From the NCBI GenBank assembly GCA_963696385.1, contig CAVOKF010000008.1, positions 768,001 to 832,000 of the forward strand: a DNA stretch of 64,000 nucleotides, in the 5' to 3' direction. The translations under genes and the position numbers were made by a program. This DNA comes from an uncultured delta proteobacterium (GTDB lineage: Bacteria; Myxococcota_A; Polyangia; Polyangiales; Polyangiaceae). This document shows, piece after piece, positions 10,127 through 20,821 of this stretch (within the stretch, counting starts at the first letter, position 1; the number at the start of each line of letters is the position of its first letter). A model generated the notes under the pieces. That model was not told where the DNA came from, searched no databases, and saw nothing but the letters and a program-made list of their open reading frames with translations.

Positions 10127-10540
10127 ATGAAGGATCAGGGGCAGGGCTCGCGTTCACCCGTCCCCGATGGCGTGGAGGACGCGTGTGGCATCTGCGGGGG
10201 GGACCGTCGTATCGGGAACTCCTTCGGCCTGACCACGACATGCCCCAGCTGCCGCGGCACAGGCCGGCGGCTCGAGGCGGCAGGTTTTCATGACGTCACG
10301 AAGACCAAATCATCCCACCACCGCCCGACGAACAAGGCCGAAGCGATCGTCAAGGCGCAGTGGCCGGCGACGTTCGAGGGCGGGCGGCTCGCCACCGAAG
10401 TACGCGACAGCGGATGCACGAGTGTCGCAAAGGCCAAGCTCATTCGTGAGATCATCGACTACGAGGGCACCCACGGTCAGTGCACGCAGACCTTCATGAA
10501 GAAGGTCCGCAAGCAAGTTCGGCCCACCACCCCGGCGTGA
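10127..10540 (+). CDS. Small protein with a DnaJ-type zinc-finger pair
   Basis: CGICGG and CPSCRGTG motifs; no J domain. Confidence 0.75.
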   Translation: MKDQGQGSRSPVPDGVEDACGICGGDRRIGNSFGLTTTCPSCRGTGRRLEAAGFHDVTKTKSSHHRPTNKAEAIVKAQWPATFEGGRLATEVRDSGCTSVAKAKLIREIIDYEGTHGQCTQTFMKKVRKQVRPTTPA

Positions 10541-10660
10541 TGGCGATTCCATGATTGCGCAGGCCACACGCAGGTCCGCGCGCTAGGCTTGGCCCATCAT
10601 GGTCGGACATCGCGTCGGAATCAGCCGGCATTCGGATCCATTTTACCGGACCACGACAAC

Positions 10661-10849
10661 ATGAGCCCGCGCCGCAAGGAGCCGCAGCCCTCGGTCCTCG
10701 ATGACGAGGACGTGCGCCGCCGTGTCGCATCCGGCGAACTCGTACCCATGACTGTGCTCGGCCCCGCACCCGTCGATCCGCTCGTTATGGCTCGACTGCG
10801 CGAGCTCGCGGCCCGCCCGCTGCGCGGGCGCGGGTCACGCGGCGATTGA
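10661..10849 (+). CDS. Small hypothetical protein
   Basis: ATG at 10661, plausible composition, co-oriented with neighbours. Confidence 0.45.
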   Translation: MSPRRKEPQPSVLDDEDVRRRVASGELVPMTVLGPAPVDPLVMARLRELAARPLRGRGSRGD

Positions 10850-10885
10850 ACCGCAGTCCCTGTATGCCGAGGAGATCGTTCGAAC

Positions 10886-11251
10886 ATGCCTGCCGAGAAA
10901 ACCCCCATCAGCAAGTCCGACTTCATCCGTCAACAGCCGTCCTCTCTCTCCGCCGCCGAGGTCGTCGACAAGGCCAGGGCCGCGCGGATCGCGATCGACA
11001 CGGGCCTCGTCTACAACGTTCGGGGGCGGGCCAAGTCGAAGGGCAAAGCGACGACGGCGGCGGCCATCCAAACGCCGACGCCGGCGAAGGGTGCGACCGC
11101 GCAACCCGCCCCCGTTGCTCGGCCCTCCGCTTCCGCGCACACCAACGAAGAGGAAATGCTGAAGATCGTCGCCGCCGAAGTCGGCCTCGGACGCGCTATC
11201 GAGCTTCTTCAGGGCGAACGCGCGCGAGTGCAAGCAATCATCGGGGGGTGA
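10886..11251 (+). CDS. Small basic hypothetical protein, possibly DNA-binding
   Basis: RBS GAGGAG; SKSDFIR...LSAAEVV...LVYNVR HTH-like N-terminus, K/A/P linker, C-terminal helix. Confidence 0.7.
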   Translation: MPAEKTPISKSDFIRQQPSSLSAAEVVDKARAARIAIDTGLVYNVRGRAKSKGKATTAAAIQTPTPAKGATAQPAPVARPSASAHTNEEEMLKIVAAEVGLGRAIELLQGERARVQAIIGG

Positions 11252-11397
11252 CGCGCGCTGCAAAGACTGCGCGCTCGCGAAAGTCTGTCGGGCATGCGGG
11301 GGCTGCCAAGGACGACTCGGGCGGCAATCATGGGGCCTGCGCCGTCATCCGCAATGGCCCGGTCCATGCTTAGGCCCGGCCCACTTTGGGAGAAACC

Positions 11398-11946
11398 ATG
11401 AGGACGATTGCGTTGTATGCCCGACGTCAGGGACGTTTTGCGAATGCCATGGGCCTGCTGGTTGCGTGTTGCGGGGCTTGGGCGATCGGCTGCGATCTGT
11501 CGGCGAGAAGCCCTGCCGACCAAGCGTCTTTCGTGGAGCGCACGCGTTGCGGCCCCGAAGTGACCGACACGGCCCTCGAGCCGATTCTCGACGGCCATGC
11601 CGTGCAGCAGGTCGAGCCCCTCTACAGCACGATTGAGGCCGACAAATCGGGCGAACAGTCTCAGCTCCGAGGCGCCAAGCTGACCGTAGCGGCTCTGCCC
11701 GGCGTGACGGCCGAATGGCTGGACCGCGAGCTCGAATGCCACAGTGCGCACATCACGCTCGGCCGGACAGCGTCGACTCCGGAGGACCCTTTCTGGTTGC
11801 CCGGATCCACCGTGGACATCGACGTTCGGCCGACCAAAGACGGCTTTGCCGTCGGGGTCGCGGGGTTTTCGGCGGCCGACGCTCGCCAAATTCTCGCCCG
11901 CGCGCAGGCGTTCGCCAAGGCGAAGCGGGCGCCCGCCTCCCCGTAG
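11398..11946 (+). CDS. Hypothetical lipoprotein
   Basis: Lipobox AIGC; GVTAEWLDRELECH core. Confidence 0.7.
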   Translation: MRTIALYARRQGRFANAMGLLVACCGAWAIGCDLSARSPADQASFVERTRCGPEVTDTALEPILDGHAVQQVEPLYSTIEADKSGEQSQLRGAKLTVAALPGVTAEWLDRELECHSAHITLGRTASTPEDPFWLPGSTVDIDVRPTKDGFAVGVAGFSAADARQILARAQAFAKAKRAPASP

Positions 11947-12017
11947 AGGACTCGGGGACGTCGGGCGGGATGGGGCCGAACGCGGACCGCCGAACGCCGC
12001 GCTAACGCGGGGTCACC

Positions 12018-12590
12018 TTAGGGCAGCCCACCGTCCAGAAACGGCACGGGGGGCGGCTCGTGCATCTCCCTGGCCTTATCGCAGGCCTGGGATGCCCCGG
12101 CCGTGCAGGCCAGCTGGTAGAGGTCGCCCGCCCTTGCGCGGTCCTGGGATACGCCTCGGCCGCGCTCGTACATGATGGCGAGATTGTAGCAGCCCGGCGC
12201 CCACCGAAGATCGCACGCGCGCTCGTAAAGACGCGCCGCTTTCGCGTCGTCCTCGGACACTCCGTGCGCGTACTCGTGCATCTGTCCGGCGAACACGCAC
12301 CCGACCGGGTCCTTCATCGCGCACGACCGTTCGTAGAGCATCGCCGCACGTGTTTCGTCCTGGCTCACTCCCTGACCCAGGGCGTACGTCGCTCCCAGTC
12401 GCCGACAGCGATCCGCCGACCCTGCGTCGCACTCCCTTTCGCAAGCCTCGACGTCTTCGCACCCGCCGATCGTCACGGCGAGCGTGATCACGCTGGCCGA
12501 CGGGGCCGGCTGGCCGTGCGAAGAGGGCCCGCGATGACAGCCGCCTAAAAGTGCGACGGCCAAAACCGAGACGACCCCGATCCGCTTCAT
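12018..12590 (-). CDS. Sel1-repeat (Hcp-like, Cys-rich) lipoprotein
   Basis: LGGC lipobox; repeats such as GQGVSQDETRAAMLYERSC and GCYNLAIMYERGRG. Confidence 0.88.
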   Translation of the reverse strand: MKRIGVVSVLAVALLGGCHRGPSSHGQPAPSASVITLAVTIGGCEDVEACERECDAGSADRCRRLGATYALGQGVSQDETRAAMLYERSCAMKDPVGCVFAGQMHEYAHGVSEDDAKAARLYERACDLRWAPGCYNLAIMYERGRGVSQDRARAGDLYQLACTAGASQACDKAREMHEPPPVPFLDGGLP

Positions 12591-12809
12591 GACGTGGGCC
12601 GACCGTAGCTTTGTGCCGGAAAGGATCCAATCCGCGACGACGCGAAGATCGCGCAAACGGCGAACGGCGCGCCTCGCTCGAGGCCCGACCGGCGGTAGGG
12701 GTGTTTGTCCCGCGCCTTGCCCGCCTCGAGGACGCTCTCGCCAGAGTCGCGCGAGCCGCATCTTCGACCGAATGGATTTGTCGTCACGCGACCGCTACGC
12801 CCTTCGACG

Positions 12810-14162
12810 GTGCCCTCCGTCCCATTGGCCGAACCAGCGCCTGCCCCTTGGGCCGCTGCATTCGGCTATCGCGACTACCGGTGTTTTCAGGGTGCGCGGC
12901 TGCTTTCGATGCTCGGCATGCAAATGCAGAGCGTCGCCATTGGCTGGCAAATTTACTCCATCACGCGCCGACCGATCGATCTGGCGTGGGTGGGCCTCGC
13001 GCAGTTCCTGCCCGCCCCAGGCCTCTCGCTCGTCACCGGCCACACGGCCGATCGATTCGATCGCCGGCGGATTCTGTCGATGTGCCACCTGGTGATGGCG
13101 TCTCTCTCGATCGCTCTGTGGCTCGTCACACGCGCGACTGGCCCGCATCTCGCGTGGATCTATGCGCTGCTCGTCGGCGTCGGCGTCGTGCGGGCTTTTC
13201 TGGGCCCCTCGAACCAATCCATTTTGCCCACGCTCGTTCCACTCGAGCACTTTGAAAACGCCGTCGTGTGGGGCTCGTCGCTCATCCAAGCGGCGACCGT
13301 CCTTGGCCCTACGTTCGGGGGCATCGCGTATGCGGCCGCAGGGGGAGCCGGTCCGGTCTACGCGGCGGCCGGCGCCTGCTCGGTCGGCGCCCTGCTGCTC
13401 GTCTCCATGATGCGCCCCAACGGTTCCGGTTCGGTCGCCCGCTCCGGAGACCCGCTGCGCCCCTTGCCGGATCCCCACACGCCCCGACCGACGCGTCCGG
13501 CCCGAGGCAATCCGACGCGGAGCTCGGTCCTCGCGGGGGTCCGTTACGTGTGGCGCAACCCAATCGTGCTCGGCGCGATTTCGCTCGATCTCTTCGCCGT
13601 CCTGCTCGGCGGGGCCACCGCATTGATGCCCGTCTACGCGCGCGACATCCTGCACCTTGGACCGTGGGCGCTCGGGACTCTTCGAAGCGCGCCGGCCGCC
13701 GGCGCTGCGATCACCGGAGTGGCGCTCGCACTCTGGCCGATCGAGCGGCGCGCCGGCGCCAAAATGCTCGCCTGCGTCGCGGTCTTCGGGATCGCGACCA
13801 TCGCCTTCGCGGTGTCGCGCAACTTCGTGCTCTCGCTGGTCACACTGGCCGTGGCGGGAGCGGCGGACATGGTGAGTGTCTTCGTGCGGTCGGCACTCGT
13901 CCAGCTGGCGACCCCGGACTCGATGCGCGGCCGCGTGAGCGCCGTGAACATGGTCTTCATCGGCGCCAGCAACGAGCTCGGGGAGTTCGAGTCCGGGCTC
14001 ACCGCACAATGGCTCGGCACAGTGCCTTCTGTCTTGCTCGGCGGGATTGGCACGTTGATCGTCGTGGCGGTCTGGGCATGGCGGTTCCCACAGCTCGGGC
14101 GCGTCGATCGGTTGACCGATGTCCTGCCGAAGGGCGGCGATGCAGAACGGTCCGCCGGGTAG
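12810..14162 (+). CDS. MFS transporter (EntS/H+ antiporter-like)
   Basis: About 12 hydrophobic segments, GHTADRFDRR loop motif, TPDSMRGRV, ASNELGEFESG; start inferred. Confidence 0.9.
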   Translation: MPSVPLAEPAPAPWAAAFGYRDYRCFQGARLLSMLGMQMQSVAIGWQIYSITRRPIDLAWVGLAQFLPAPGLSLVTGHTADRFDRRRILSMCHLVMASLSIALWLVTRATGPHLAWIYALLVGVGVVRAFLGPSNQSILPTLVPLEHFENAVVWGSSLIQAATVLGPTFGGIAYAAAGGAGPVYAAAGACSVGALLLVSMMRPNGSGSVARSGDPLRPLPDPHTPRPTRPARGNPTRSSVLAGVRYVWRNPIVLGAISLDLFAVLLGGATALMPVYARDILHLGPWALGTLRSAPAAGAAITGVALALWPIERRAGAKMLACVAVFGIATIAFAVSRNFVLSLVTLAVAGAADMVSVFVRSALVQLATPDSMRGRVSAVNMVFIGASNELGEFESGLTAQWLGTVPSVLLGGIGTLIVVAVWAWRFPQLGRVDRLTDVLPKGGDAERSAG

Positions 14163-14488
14163 AATTTCCGCGCGTAGACCGGCAAGACCCGACCGCCCGT
14201 GCCGCTCGTGGGTGAGTGAGGCCTCGTCGGATCGCGATCCGAGGTTGCGAGGGCGCCACGAACGCCGGGTCGGCCAGTGCAGGACCTGCACCGCCGCACC
14301 GGGCAGACTCGACCGTCCCCGCTTCGTCGGGTGGCATGTGCGTTGGTCGCCCGATTTTTCCCCGAAATCGCACGTCGTGGTGAGCCATCTTGCGCCGCTC
14401 GAGAGACTGCACGGAGGGACTGGACCAATCCCGCCCGGGCCCCGGCTCGCGGGCGCATTTCCGGTGCCCGAGGAGTCAGGCCGCAACC

Positions 14489-16225
14489 ATGAAATGCGCG
14501 TGGATTTGGCCCGCTTTGGTCTTCGCCGGGTGTCATGGATCGCCACCGTCGCCAGCCGAGGGCACAACGCCGGATGCCACGACCTACCCGACGGGAGCGT
14601 CCTCGTCCGTCGCGCTCTCCTCGAGCAGCCCATCGTCGGGCGGAGCATCCTCATCCGGAGACACGTCCTCCTCGGGAGCGACCTCGAGCGGGCCGTCGTC
14701 GGCCGCGACGTCCTCAGAAAGCTCTTCTTCAGGAAGCTCTTCCTCAAGCGCCACGTCGAGCGGGTCTGGTTCCACCGGCACGGAAGGCGGCGGGGCCGCC
14801 TCAGGCGGCGACGGCGGCGCGACGCCGAGCACGGTCACCGTGCTCACGAACCGTTACGACATCGCGCGCACCGGCGCGAACCCGAACGAGACGATCCTCA
14901 ATACGACCAACGTCAACGCGATGTCATTCGGCTTCCTGTTCTCCGCGAGCGTGACCGGACGAGTGTACGGGCAGCCGCTCTACGTGCCCGGCCTGACGAT
15001 CGGCAATGCGATCCACAACGTGGTCTATGTCGCGACCGAGCACAACGTGGTGTACGCGTTCGACGCGGACGACGGCACGTCGCTCTGGTCGACGACGCTC
15101 GAACCGCCGATCATTCTCGGTACGGGCGCTGTGTACAACCCCGGCTGCGCCGACATGGGGAGCGGCGCCGCAACGTACGAGGTCGGCATCACGTCGACGC
15201 CGGTCATCGACTTGAAGGCGGGCCTGATTTACGTCGTGGCCAAGACGACGGGCATGCACATGCTTCACGCACTGAGCCTCACGACGGGCACAGACGTCCC
15301 GACACCGACGGTCGTCGGGCCCGCGGGGTTCGACTCGAACATTCATCTCAATCGCCCAGGATTGCTTCTGCTCAATGGCATCGTCTACATCGCCTTCGGA
15401 AGCCACTGCGACAACGGCGCCTTCAACGGCTGGATCTTTGGTCACGACGCGACGACTTTGGCGCTGCAGAGCACCTACAGCACGACGCCGTCGGGAAGCG
15501 ACGGGGCGATCTGGCAGGGCGGTGTGGGGCTGTCGAGCGATGGGACCGCGATCTGGTTCAGCGTTGCCAACGGCACGCAGGGAGGCCCCAACATGGGGAT
15601 GAGCATCGTGAAGGCGACCGTCTCCGGCAACACGTTGGTCAATGCACTGAGTCTTCAAGAAGTGGCCGACGGCGACAACGATCTGTCGGCCGGTGTCGTG
15701 CTCGTCGGCAACCAGGCGCTCTCGGGCGGCAAGAGCGGCTACGTCATTTTGCTCAACACCGCCGACGCATCCCAAGCGCAACTGCTCGAGGCCGGCGGCG
15801 AAGTCCACAACGTCGCGACGTGGAACGGCGGCGCCGCGGGACAACTCGTTTACACTTGGGGGTCGGGCTCGCAGCTGACCGCGTGGCAGTTGACGGGCGG
15901 CATGCTCGTCAACGAGGTGACGAACACAGAGCAGAGTCCTGGACATCCGGGGGGAATGATCACGATCTCGTCGAATGGCACGACCGCGGGATCGGGCGTG
16001 CTTTGGGCCTTGCTCCCATTGTCCGGTGACGCGTGGCACAGCACCGCGCCCGGCGCGCTCTACGCGTTCGATGCATCGGACATCTCGAAGCACTCTCTGT
16101 GGAACAGCACCCTCGACGCCACGGACTTCGGCACGTACGCGAAGTTCAGCCCGCCGACGGTGGCCAATGGCAAGGTCTACGCTGCGACCTTTTCGGGACA
16201 GATCATGGTGTACGGACTCAAGTGA
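14489..16225 (+). CDS. Secreted lipoprotein with a PQQ-like beta-propeller domain
   Basis: Lipobox FAGC, Ser-rich linker, YVATEHNVVYAFDA, GITSTPVID, GAIWQGG, AKFSPPTVANGKVY. Confidence 0.8.
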   Translation: MKCAWIWPALVFAGCHGSPPSPAEGTTPDATTYPTGASSSVALSSSSPSSGGASSSGDTSSSGATSSGPSSAATSSESSSSGSSSSSATSSGSGSTGTEGGGAASGGDGGATPSTVTVLTNRYDIARTGANPNETILNTTNVNAMSFGFLFSASVTGRVYGQPLYVPGLTIGNAIHNVVYVATEHNVVYAFDADDGTSLWSTTLEPPIILGTGAVYNPGCADMGSGAATYEVGITSTPVIDLKAGLIYVVAKTTGMHMLHALSLTTGTDVPTPTVVGPAGFDSNIHLNRPGLLLLNGIVYIAFGSHCDNGAFNGWIFGHDATTLALQSTYSTTPSGSDGAIWQGGVGLSSDGTAIWFSVANGTQGGPNMGMSIVKATVSGNTLVNALSLQEVADGDNDLSAGVVLVGNQALSGGKSGYVILLNTADASQAQLLEAGGEVHNVATWNGGAAGQLVYTWGSGSQLTAWQLTGGMLVNEVTNTEQSPGHPGGMITISSNGTTAGSGVLWALLPLSGDAWHSTAPGALYAFDASDISKHSLWNSTLDATDFGTYAKFSPPTVANGKVYAATFSGQIMVYGLK

Positions 16226-16242
16226 GGGGTTCGAGATTTCCG

Positions 16243-17542
16243 ATGGACATCGATAGGTCGTTCTCCAAGTGCCGAGCGCGTCGGGTGGCGGCGGTTGCCG
16301 CATGGCTCGTCGCCGGCTGCTCCTCCAACGGTGCATCGAGCCCCCCTTCCGCTCCTGGCTCCGGGACGAGCGGTGCCAGCTCCAGCGCCCTGGACTCGGG
16401 CCCGACCGCGGACGCGAGCACCCTCGGGGCCGACGTCGACTCGAGCCTCGTGACCTCCGACGGCGCTACGGGCGCTTCCGTCGACGCCGGCCCCGTCCCC
16501 GATGCAACCGGCGATGCCGGCACGGACGGTTCCTCCGAAGCAAGCAGCCTTGCCGAGGCCGGACCGAGCGACGCGTCCGCAGAATCGGAATCGAACGAGG
16601 CCGGCCCCACGCCGGCCCCGATGCCTTCTGCGATGCTTTCGGAGACCGGCCTATTCAAATCCGTCGCCTCGGACGGGACGTTGAACCTCCAGGACGGAGT
16701 CCAGGAGTATCAGCCGATGTACTCACTCTGGGCGGACGGCGCCGAGAAGACCCGCTGGATTTATCTGCCGCCGGGCACGCAGATCGACACGACCGACCTC
16801 GACCACTGGTCGTTCCCTGCGGGAACGAAATTTTGGAAGGAATTCGCGCTCGGTGGGCAGCGCCTCGAAACCAGGCTTCTCTGGATCTATGGCCCCGGAG
16901 CCGATGATTTTCTTCTCGTCACTTATTGGTGGAATCCGGAGGCGGGAATCGCGAACGACGCCGAGTTGGCGAACGCCTTCGGGGTTCAGAACGTCAATGG
17001 CACCACGCATGACATTCCTGCCCAGGAGGATTGTCACACCTGCCACGACGCGCTCGAGGAGCACGTCCTCGGGTTCGGAGCGATTGAACTCAATCACACG
17101 CTGCCGGGCGTCAACATCCATACGCTGATCGACGCCGGTTCGCTGACGAACGACCCCGACATCGCCGATCTCCACGATCCCGGGCGATTCAACGACGCAA
17201 GCGGCACTCGGCTACCTGCACGCCAATTGCGGGAACTGCCACAACGTCACGCCGGGGGCGACGGGCATCCCCACTCCGGCCATGATCTTGCGCCTGTTCG
17301 TCGGTGCGACGACTGTGGAGGACACCCCGACCTATCAGACGTCGGTCAACGTCGCGACCACGGACTTCACGGGCATTGCCTACCGCATCGCGGGACAGGA
17401 TCCGATGGACAGTTGCATCCCGCACACCATGTTGACCCGCGGCGGCAGAGAGCAGATGCCGCCCCTTGCCACCTATCTCGTGGACGACGCGGGGGTGGCG
17501 ACCGTCAACGCCTGGATCATGACGTTGCCGCAGCCCCCCTGA
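16243..17542 (+). pseudogene. Diheme c-type cytochrome lipoprotein (SO2930-like), frameshifted near 17173
   Basis: LSETGLF, LWADGAEKTRW and CHTCH in one frame; [13 protein letters not shown] and QMPPLA continue in the next frame after one extra C. Confidence 0.8.
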
Positions 17543-17657
17543 GTACGGCGCCCCGTTAGACGGTGCGCGAGCTGCTCGGGTACGCCGGACTGTCGAGCTC
17601 GAGCAGTCCGCCGTGGCCGTTCGCGTCGAATCGGGTTACCCCTCAACGCAGACAGGG

Positions 17658-18764
17658 ATGCGTGCCATGAACGTGCGTCCGCCGCTCGCGAGCCTCGTAG
17701 AGAGCCTCGCCGCTAACGTTCCTTTCGTCGCGCCCGACGCGATCGAACGCCGCAGCGGCAGGCCGCTGCGGTTGCGGCTGGGCGCCAACGAAAGCCTGTT
17801 CGGACCTTCGCCGCGGGCGGCGCAGGCCATGCGCGTCGCGATCGAACGCGTCGCCCACTACGGAGATCCCGAGAGCGCGGCCCTGCGGGCGGAACTCTCC
17901 ACCATCCATGGTGTTCCCCCGAGCCATCTCGTCGTCACCAGTGGCATCGACGACTTGCTGGGGCTCGCGGTGCGCGCATTCATCGATCGCGACGCAGTCG
18001 CGGTGACGTCGCTCGGGGGATATCCCACGTTCGGTTATCACGTGCTCGGTTTCGGCGGCCGCCTGGATCGCGTTCCGTATCGTGACGACTTCAATGATTT
18101 GCCAGCGCTGTCCGAAAGAGCGCACAAGTCGAATGCGCGCCTGGTCTACCTCGCCAATCCCGACAACCCCAGTGGCACGTGGCATTCCGCCGCGGCGATC
18201 CGTGATTTCTCCGACAGCCTTCCTTCCGACAGCGTGCTCTTCTTGGACGAGGCGTACATCGAATACGCGCCGCCCGGAACGGCTCTGCCGATCGACTCCG
18301 CCAACCCCCACGTCATCCGGTTGCGAACGTTTTCAAAGGCCCACGGCATGGCCGGGGCCCGCATCGGTTACGGGATAGCCGCGCCGGAGACGATCGCGGC
18401 ATTCGACAAGATTCGCCATCATTTCGGGGTCAACGCCGTCGCGCAGGCGGGCGCCCTGGCGTCTCTGGGAGATCGCGCCCACGTCGACGAAGTGGTCGCC
18501 CAGGTCGCCGAGGGGCGGCGCGACTACGCCGATTTGGCCAGAAGCCTCGGGTTGGCCACTCTGCCTTCGGCCACCAACTTCGTGGCCATCGACGTGGGCA
18601 GCAGGACCCGCGCCGAAGCTCTGCTGAGCGCCCTTCAAGATCGCGGCGTCTTCGTCCGTACACCGGCCGCGCCTCCGCTCGACCGATGCATTCGGGTGAC
18701 GGTCGCGCCGGCGGCCGACCGAGCCGAGTTTGCCCAAATTTTTCGCGATCTCTGGCGCCAGTGA
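17658..18764 (+). CDS. PLP-dependent aminotransferase class I/II, histidinol-phosphate aminotransferase-like
   Basis: LGANES, LANPDNPSG, LDEAY, RTFSKAHGMAGARIG. Confidence 0.88.
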   Translation: MRAMNVRPPLASLVESLAANVPFVAPDAIERRSGRPLRLRLGANESLFGPSPRAAQAMRVAIERVAHYGDPESAALRAELSTIHGVPPSHLVVTSGIDDLLGLAVRAFIDRDAVAVTSLGGYPTFGYHVLGFGGRLDRVPYRDDFNDLPALSERAHKSNARLVYLANPDNPSGTWHSAAAIRDFSDSLPSDSVLFLDEAYIEYAPPGTALPIDSANPHVIRLRTFSKAHGMAGARIGYGIAAPETIAAFDKIRHHFGVNAVAQAGALASLGDRAHVDEVVAQVAEGRRDYADLARSLGLATLPSATNFVAIDVGSRTRAEALLSALQDRGVFVRTPAAPPLDRCIRVTVAPAADRAEFAQIFRDLWRQ

Positions 18765-18876
18765 GCGCCTTACGAATCCGGTCGCCGGAGGTGAGGCGCG
18801 CGCCCGAAGGGCGCGTCGAACGCGGATCTGCCGAAGGGGCGCACGCGCGTCGTTCGGCGCGACGTTCAGCGCATGC

Positions 18877-20019
18877 TCAGGGGGATGCCGCGCCGGACTT
18901 CGCCACCACGCGATCCGGGTACAGAGAAGCGAGGCCTTCGCGACTTGCCGCGACCACTCCGCGCTCCGTGATGAGAGCCGTCACCAGGCGCGCCGGCGTC
19001 ACATCGAACGCGTAGTTCGACGCGCTCGAGGTCGTCGGGTGGATCCGGACCCTCTCACGGACCATCGCGCCCTCGGCCCGATGAGGCGTTCGAGTGGCGA
19101 TGCCCTCGACGCAATGGACCTCGGCCGGATCGCGCTCCTCGATCGGAATCGAGGTCAAACCGTCTTCGGCCGCCCAGTCGATCGTCGGGTAGGGTAAGGC
19201 GACGTAAAAGGGGATGCCGTTGTCCATGGCGGCCAATGCCTTCAGATACGTTCCGACCTTGTTGCATACGTCGCCGACAGCGGTGACACGATCGGTGCCG
19301 ACGATGCAGACATCGACCATCCCGTGCTGCATCAAGTGCCCGCCGGCATTGTCCACGACGACGGTATGCGGCACTCCGTGCTGGCCAAGCTCCCAGGCCG
19401 TGAGAGCCCCCTGATTGCGCGGTCGCGTCTCGTCGACCCAAACGTGCACGGGAATGCCGGCATCGTGAGCCATGTAAATGGGTGCGAGCGCCGTGCCCCA
19501 ATCGACGGTCGCGAGCCATCCGGCATTGCAGTGCGTGAGAACATTGAGTCGTTGGCCCGTCGGCTTGCGCTCGTACAGGACTCGCAGCAGAGTCAGGCCG
19601 TTTCGGCCGATCGCCTCGTTGATGGCAACGTCCTCGTCGCAAATCGCCGCCGCTCGCTGCCAGCCGACATCGTGACGCCGGTCCAACGGAGCGGCGACGA
19701 CCGCGCGCCGGACTTCCTCGATCGCCCATCGCAAGTTGACCGCCGTGGGTCGAGTTGCGACAAGCTCCAGGCAGGCGCGATCGAGGACCGCATCGGACGG
19801 GTCGTCGCGCAAGGCGAAACAGACCCCGTAGGCGGCCACGGCGCCGATGAGCGGTGCACCGCGGACCCACATCTCGCGAATCGCTCGAGCGACATCCTCT
19901 GTCGTGGCGAGCGTCGCAGAGACGAACGCATGCGGCAATGCCCGCTGATCGATAATCTCGATCGACCGGCCGTGGTTCGCGGCAACAATCGAGCGCCGAT
20001 GGACGCCAGCCACCCTCAT
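18877..20019 (-). CDS. mtnA: S-methyl-5-thioribose-1-phosphate isomerase
   Basis: IDQRALP, VRGAPLIG, TRPTAVNL, THCNAGWLA, DETRPRNQG, AFDVTP. Confidence 0.95.
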   Translation of the reverse strand: MRVAGVHRRSIVAANHGRSIEIIDQRALPHAFVSATLATTEDVARAIREMWVRGAPLIGAVAAYGVCFALRDDPSDAVLDRACLELVATRPTAVNLRWAIEEVRRAVVAAPLDRRHDVGWQRAAAICDEDVAINEAIGRNGLTLLRVLYERKPTGQRLNVLTHCNAGWLATVDWGTALAPIYMAHDAGIPVHVWVDETRPRNQGALTAWELGQHGVPHTVVVDNAGGHLMQHGMVDVCIVGTDRVTAVGDVCNKVGTYLKALAAMDNGIPFYVALPYPTIDWAAEDGLTSIPIEERDPAEVHCVEGIATRTPHRAEGAMVRERVRIHPTTSSASNYAFDVTPARLVTALITERGVVAASREGLASLYPDRVVAKSGAASP

Positions 20020-20783
20020 GGCGCGTCGATGGGCGTGACGGCGTCCGCGGGCTCCGGCGCCAGACGGTCACGCTTGCCCTCGATGATCCACCGCGAGAGC
20101 CAGACATCGACTTCATTGAAGTCGCGCGCCAGCGGGTGGCCCTGGCAACCCGGCGTGACGCGTTCACGATCGAGCCGGATCGCGGCCATTCCGGCCTCGC
20201 GAGCCGCGTCGAGCTCTGACTCGGTGTCGGAAAGGAACAGAACCGAGCCGGCCGCCATTCGGATTTCAGAGGCGATCCGCGCGTACGAGGCCGAGTCGCG
20301 CTTCGGACCGGTGTTCGTGTCGAAGAAGCCGGCAAAGAGCGGCGTGAGGTCTCCGTACGCGGTATGGGCAAAGAGGAGCCGCTGCGCCGCGACCGATCCC
20401 GACGAGAAGACGTAGAGCGGAAAGCCGCCCGCATGCCACGCGCGCAGGTGGGTGACCGCATCTGCGTAGACGTGTCCCTGAAATGCTCCCGTTCGGTAGC
20501 CCTCAGCCCAAACGTAGCCCTGCAGCGTCTTGAGCGGCGTAGCCTTGCGATCTTCGTCGATCCATCGGCACAGGATCGCGACGATGGCCTCTTCGTCGAG
20601 CAGCGGGTGTCGCTCGTGCGCGCGCACGCCTTCGAGGATGGCGGCCAAGCCGGGCTCGCCTCGATGGGCCCTCACGTAGTTCGGTATGCGCTGTCGTGCA
20701 AATGGGAACAAGACGTCCTTGACGAACGACAGGCTGCTCGTCGTGCCCTCGATGTCGGTCAGGATGGCGGGCATGGGAGACAT
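20016..20783 (-). CDS. mtnC: Acireductone synthase (enolase-phosphatase E1)
   Basis: ILTDIEGTTSSLSFVKDVLFP, DRKATPLKTLQG, SSGSV, LFLSD. Confidence 0.95.
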   Translation of the reverse strand: MSPMPAILTDIEGTTSSLSFVKDVLFPFARQRIPNYVRAHRGEPGLAAILEGVRAHERHPLLDEEAIVAILCRWIDEDRKATPLKTLQGYVWAEGYRTGAFQGHVYADAVTHLRAWHAGGFPLYVFSSGSVAAQRLLFAHTAYGDLTPLFAGFFDTNTGPKRDSASYARIASEIRMAAGSVLFLSDTESELDAAREAGMAAIRLDRERVTPGCQGHPLARDFNEVDVWLSRWIIEGKRDRLAPEPADAVTPIDAP

Positions 20784-20821
20784 CGAACCAGGAAAAACCG
20801 TCACGCTTGCTCGAACGCACG

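Noticed and set aside
14395..14490. SAM-I riboswitch-like string GAGAG...GGAGGGACTGGACC upstream of the PQQ-like gene
   Set aside because: The ATC/GAT P1 helix is missing, GCAACC is not in the expected position, and the downstream gene is unrelated to sulfur metabolism. An Rfam RF00162 scan would settle it.
18795..18872. GC hairpins between the aminotransferase and mtnA as a REP or small RNA element
   Set aside because: Short stems are common at this GC content, there is no U tract, and no second copy was seen.
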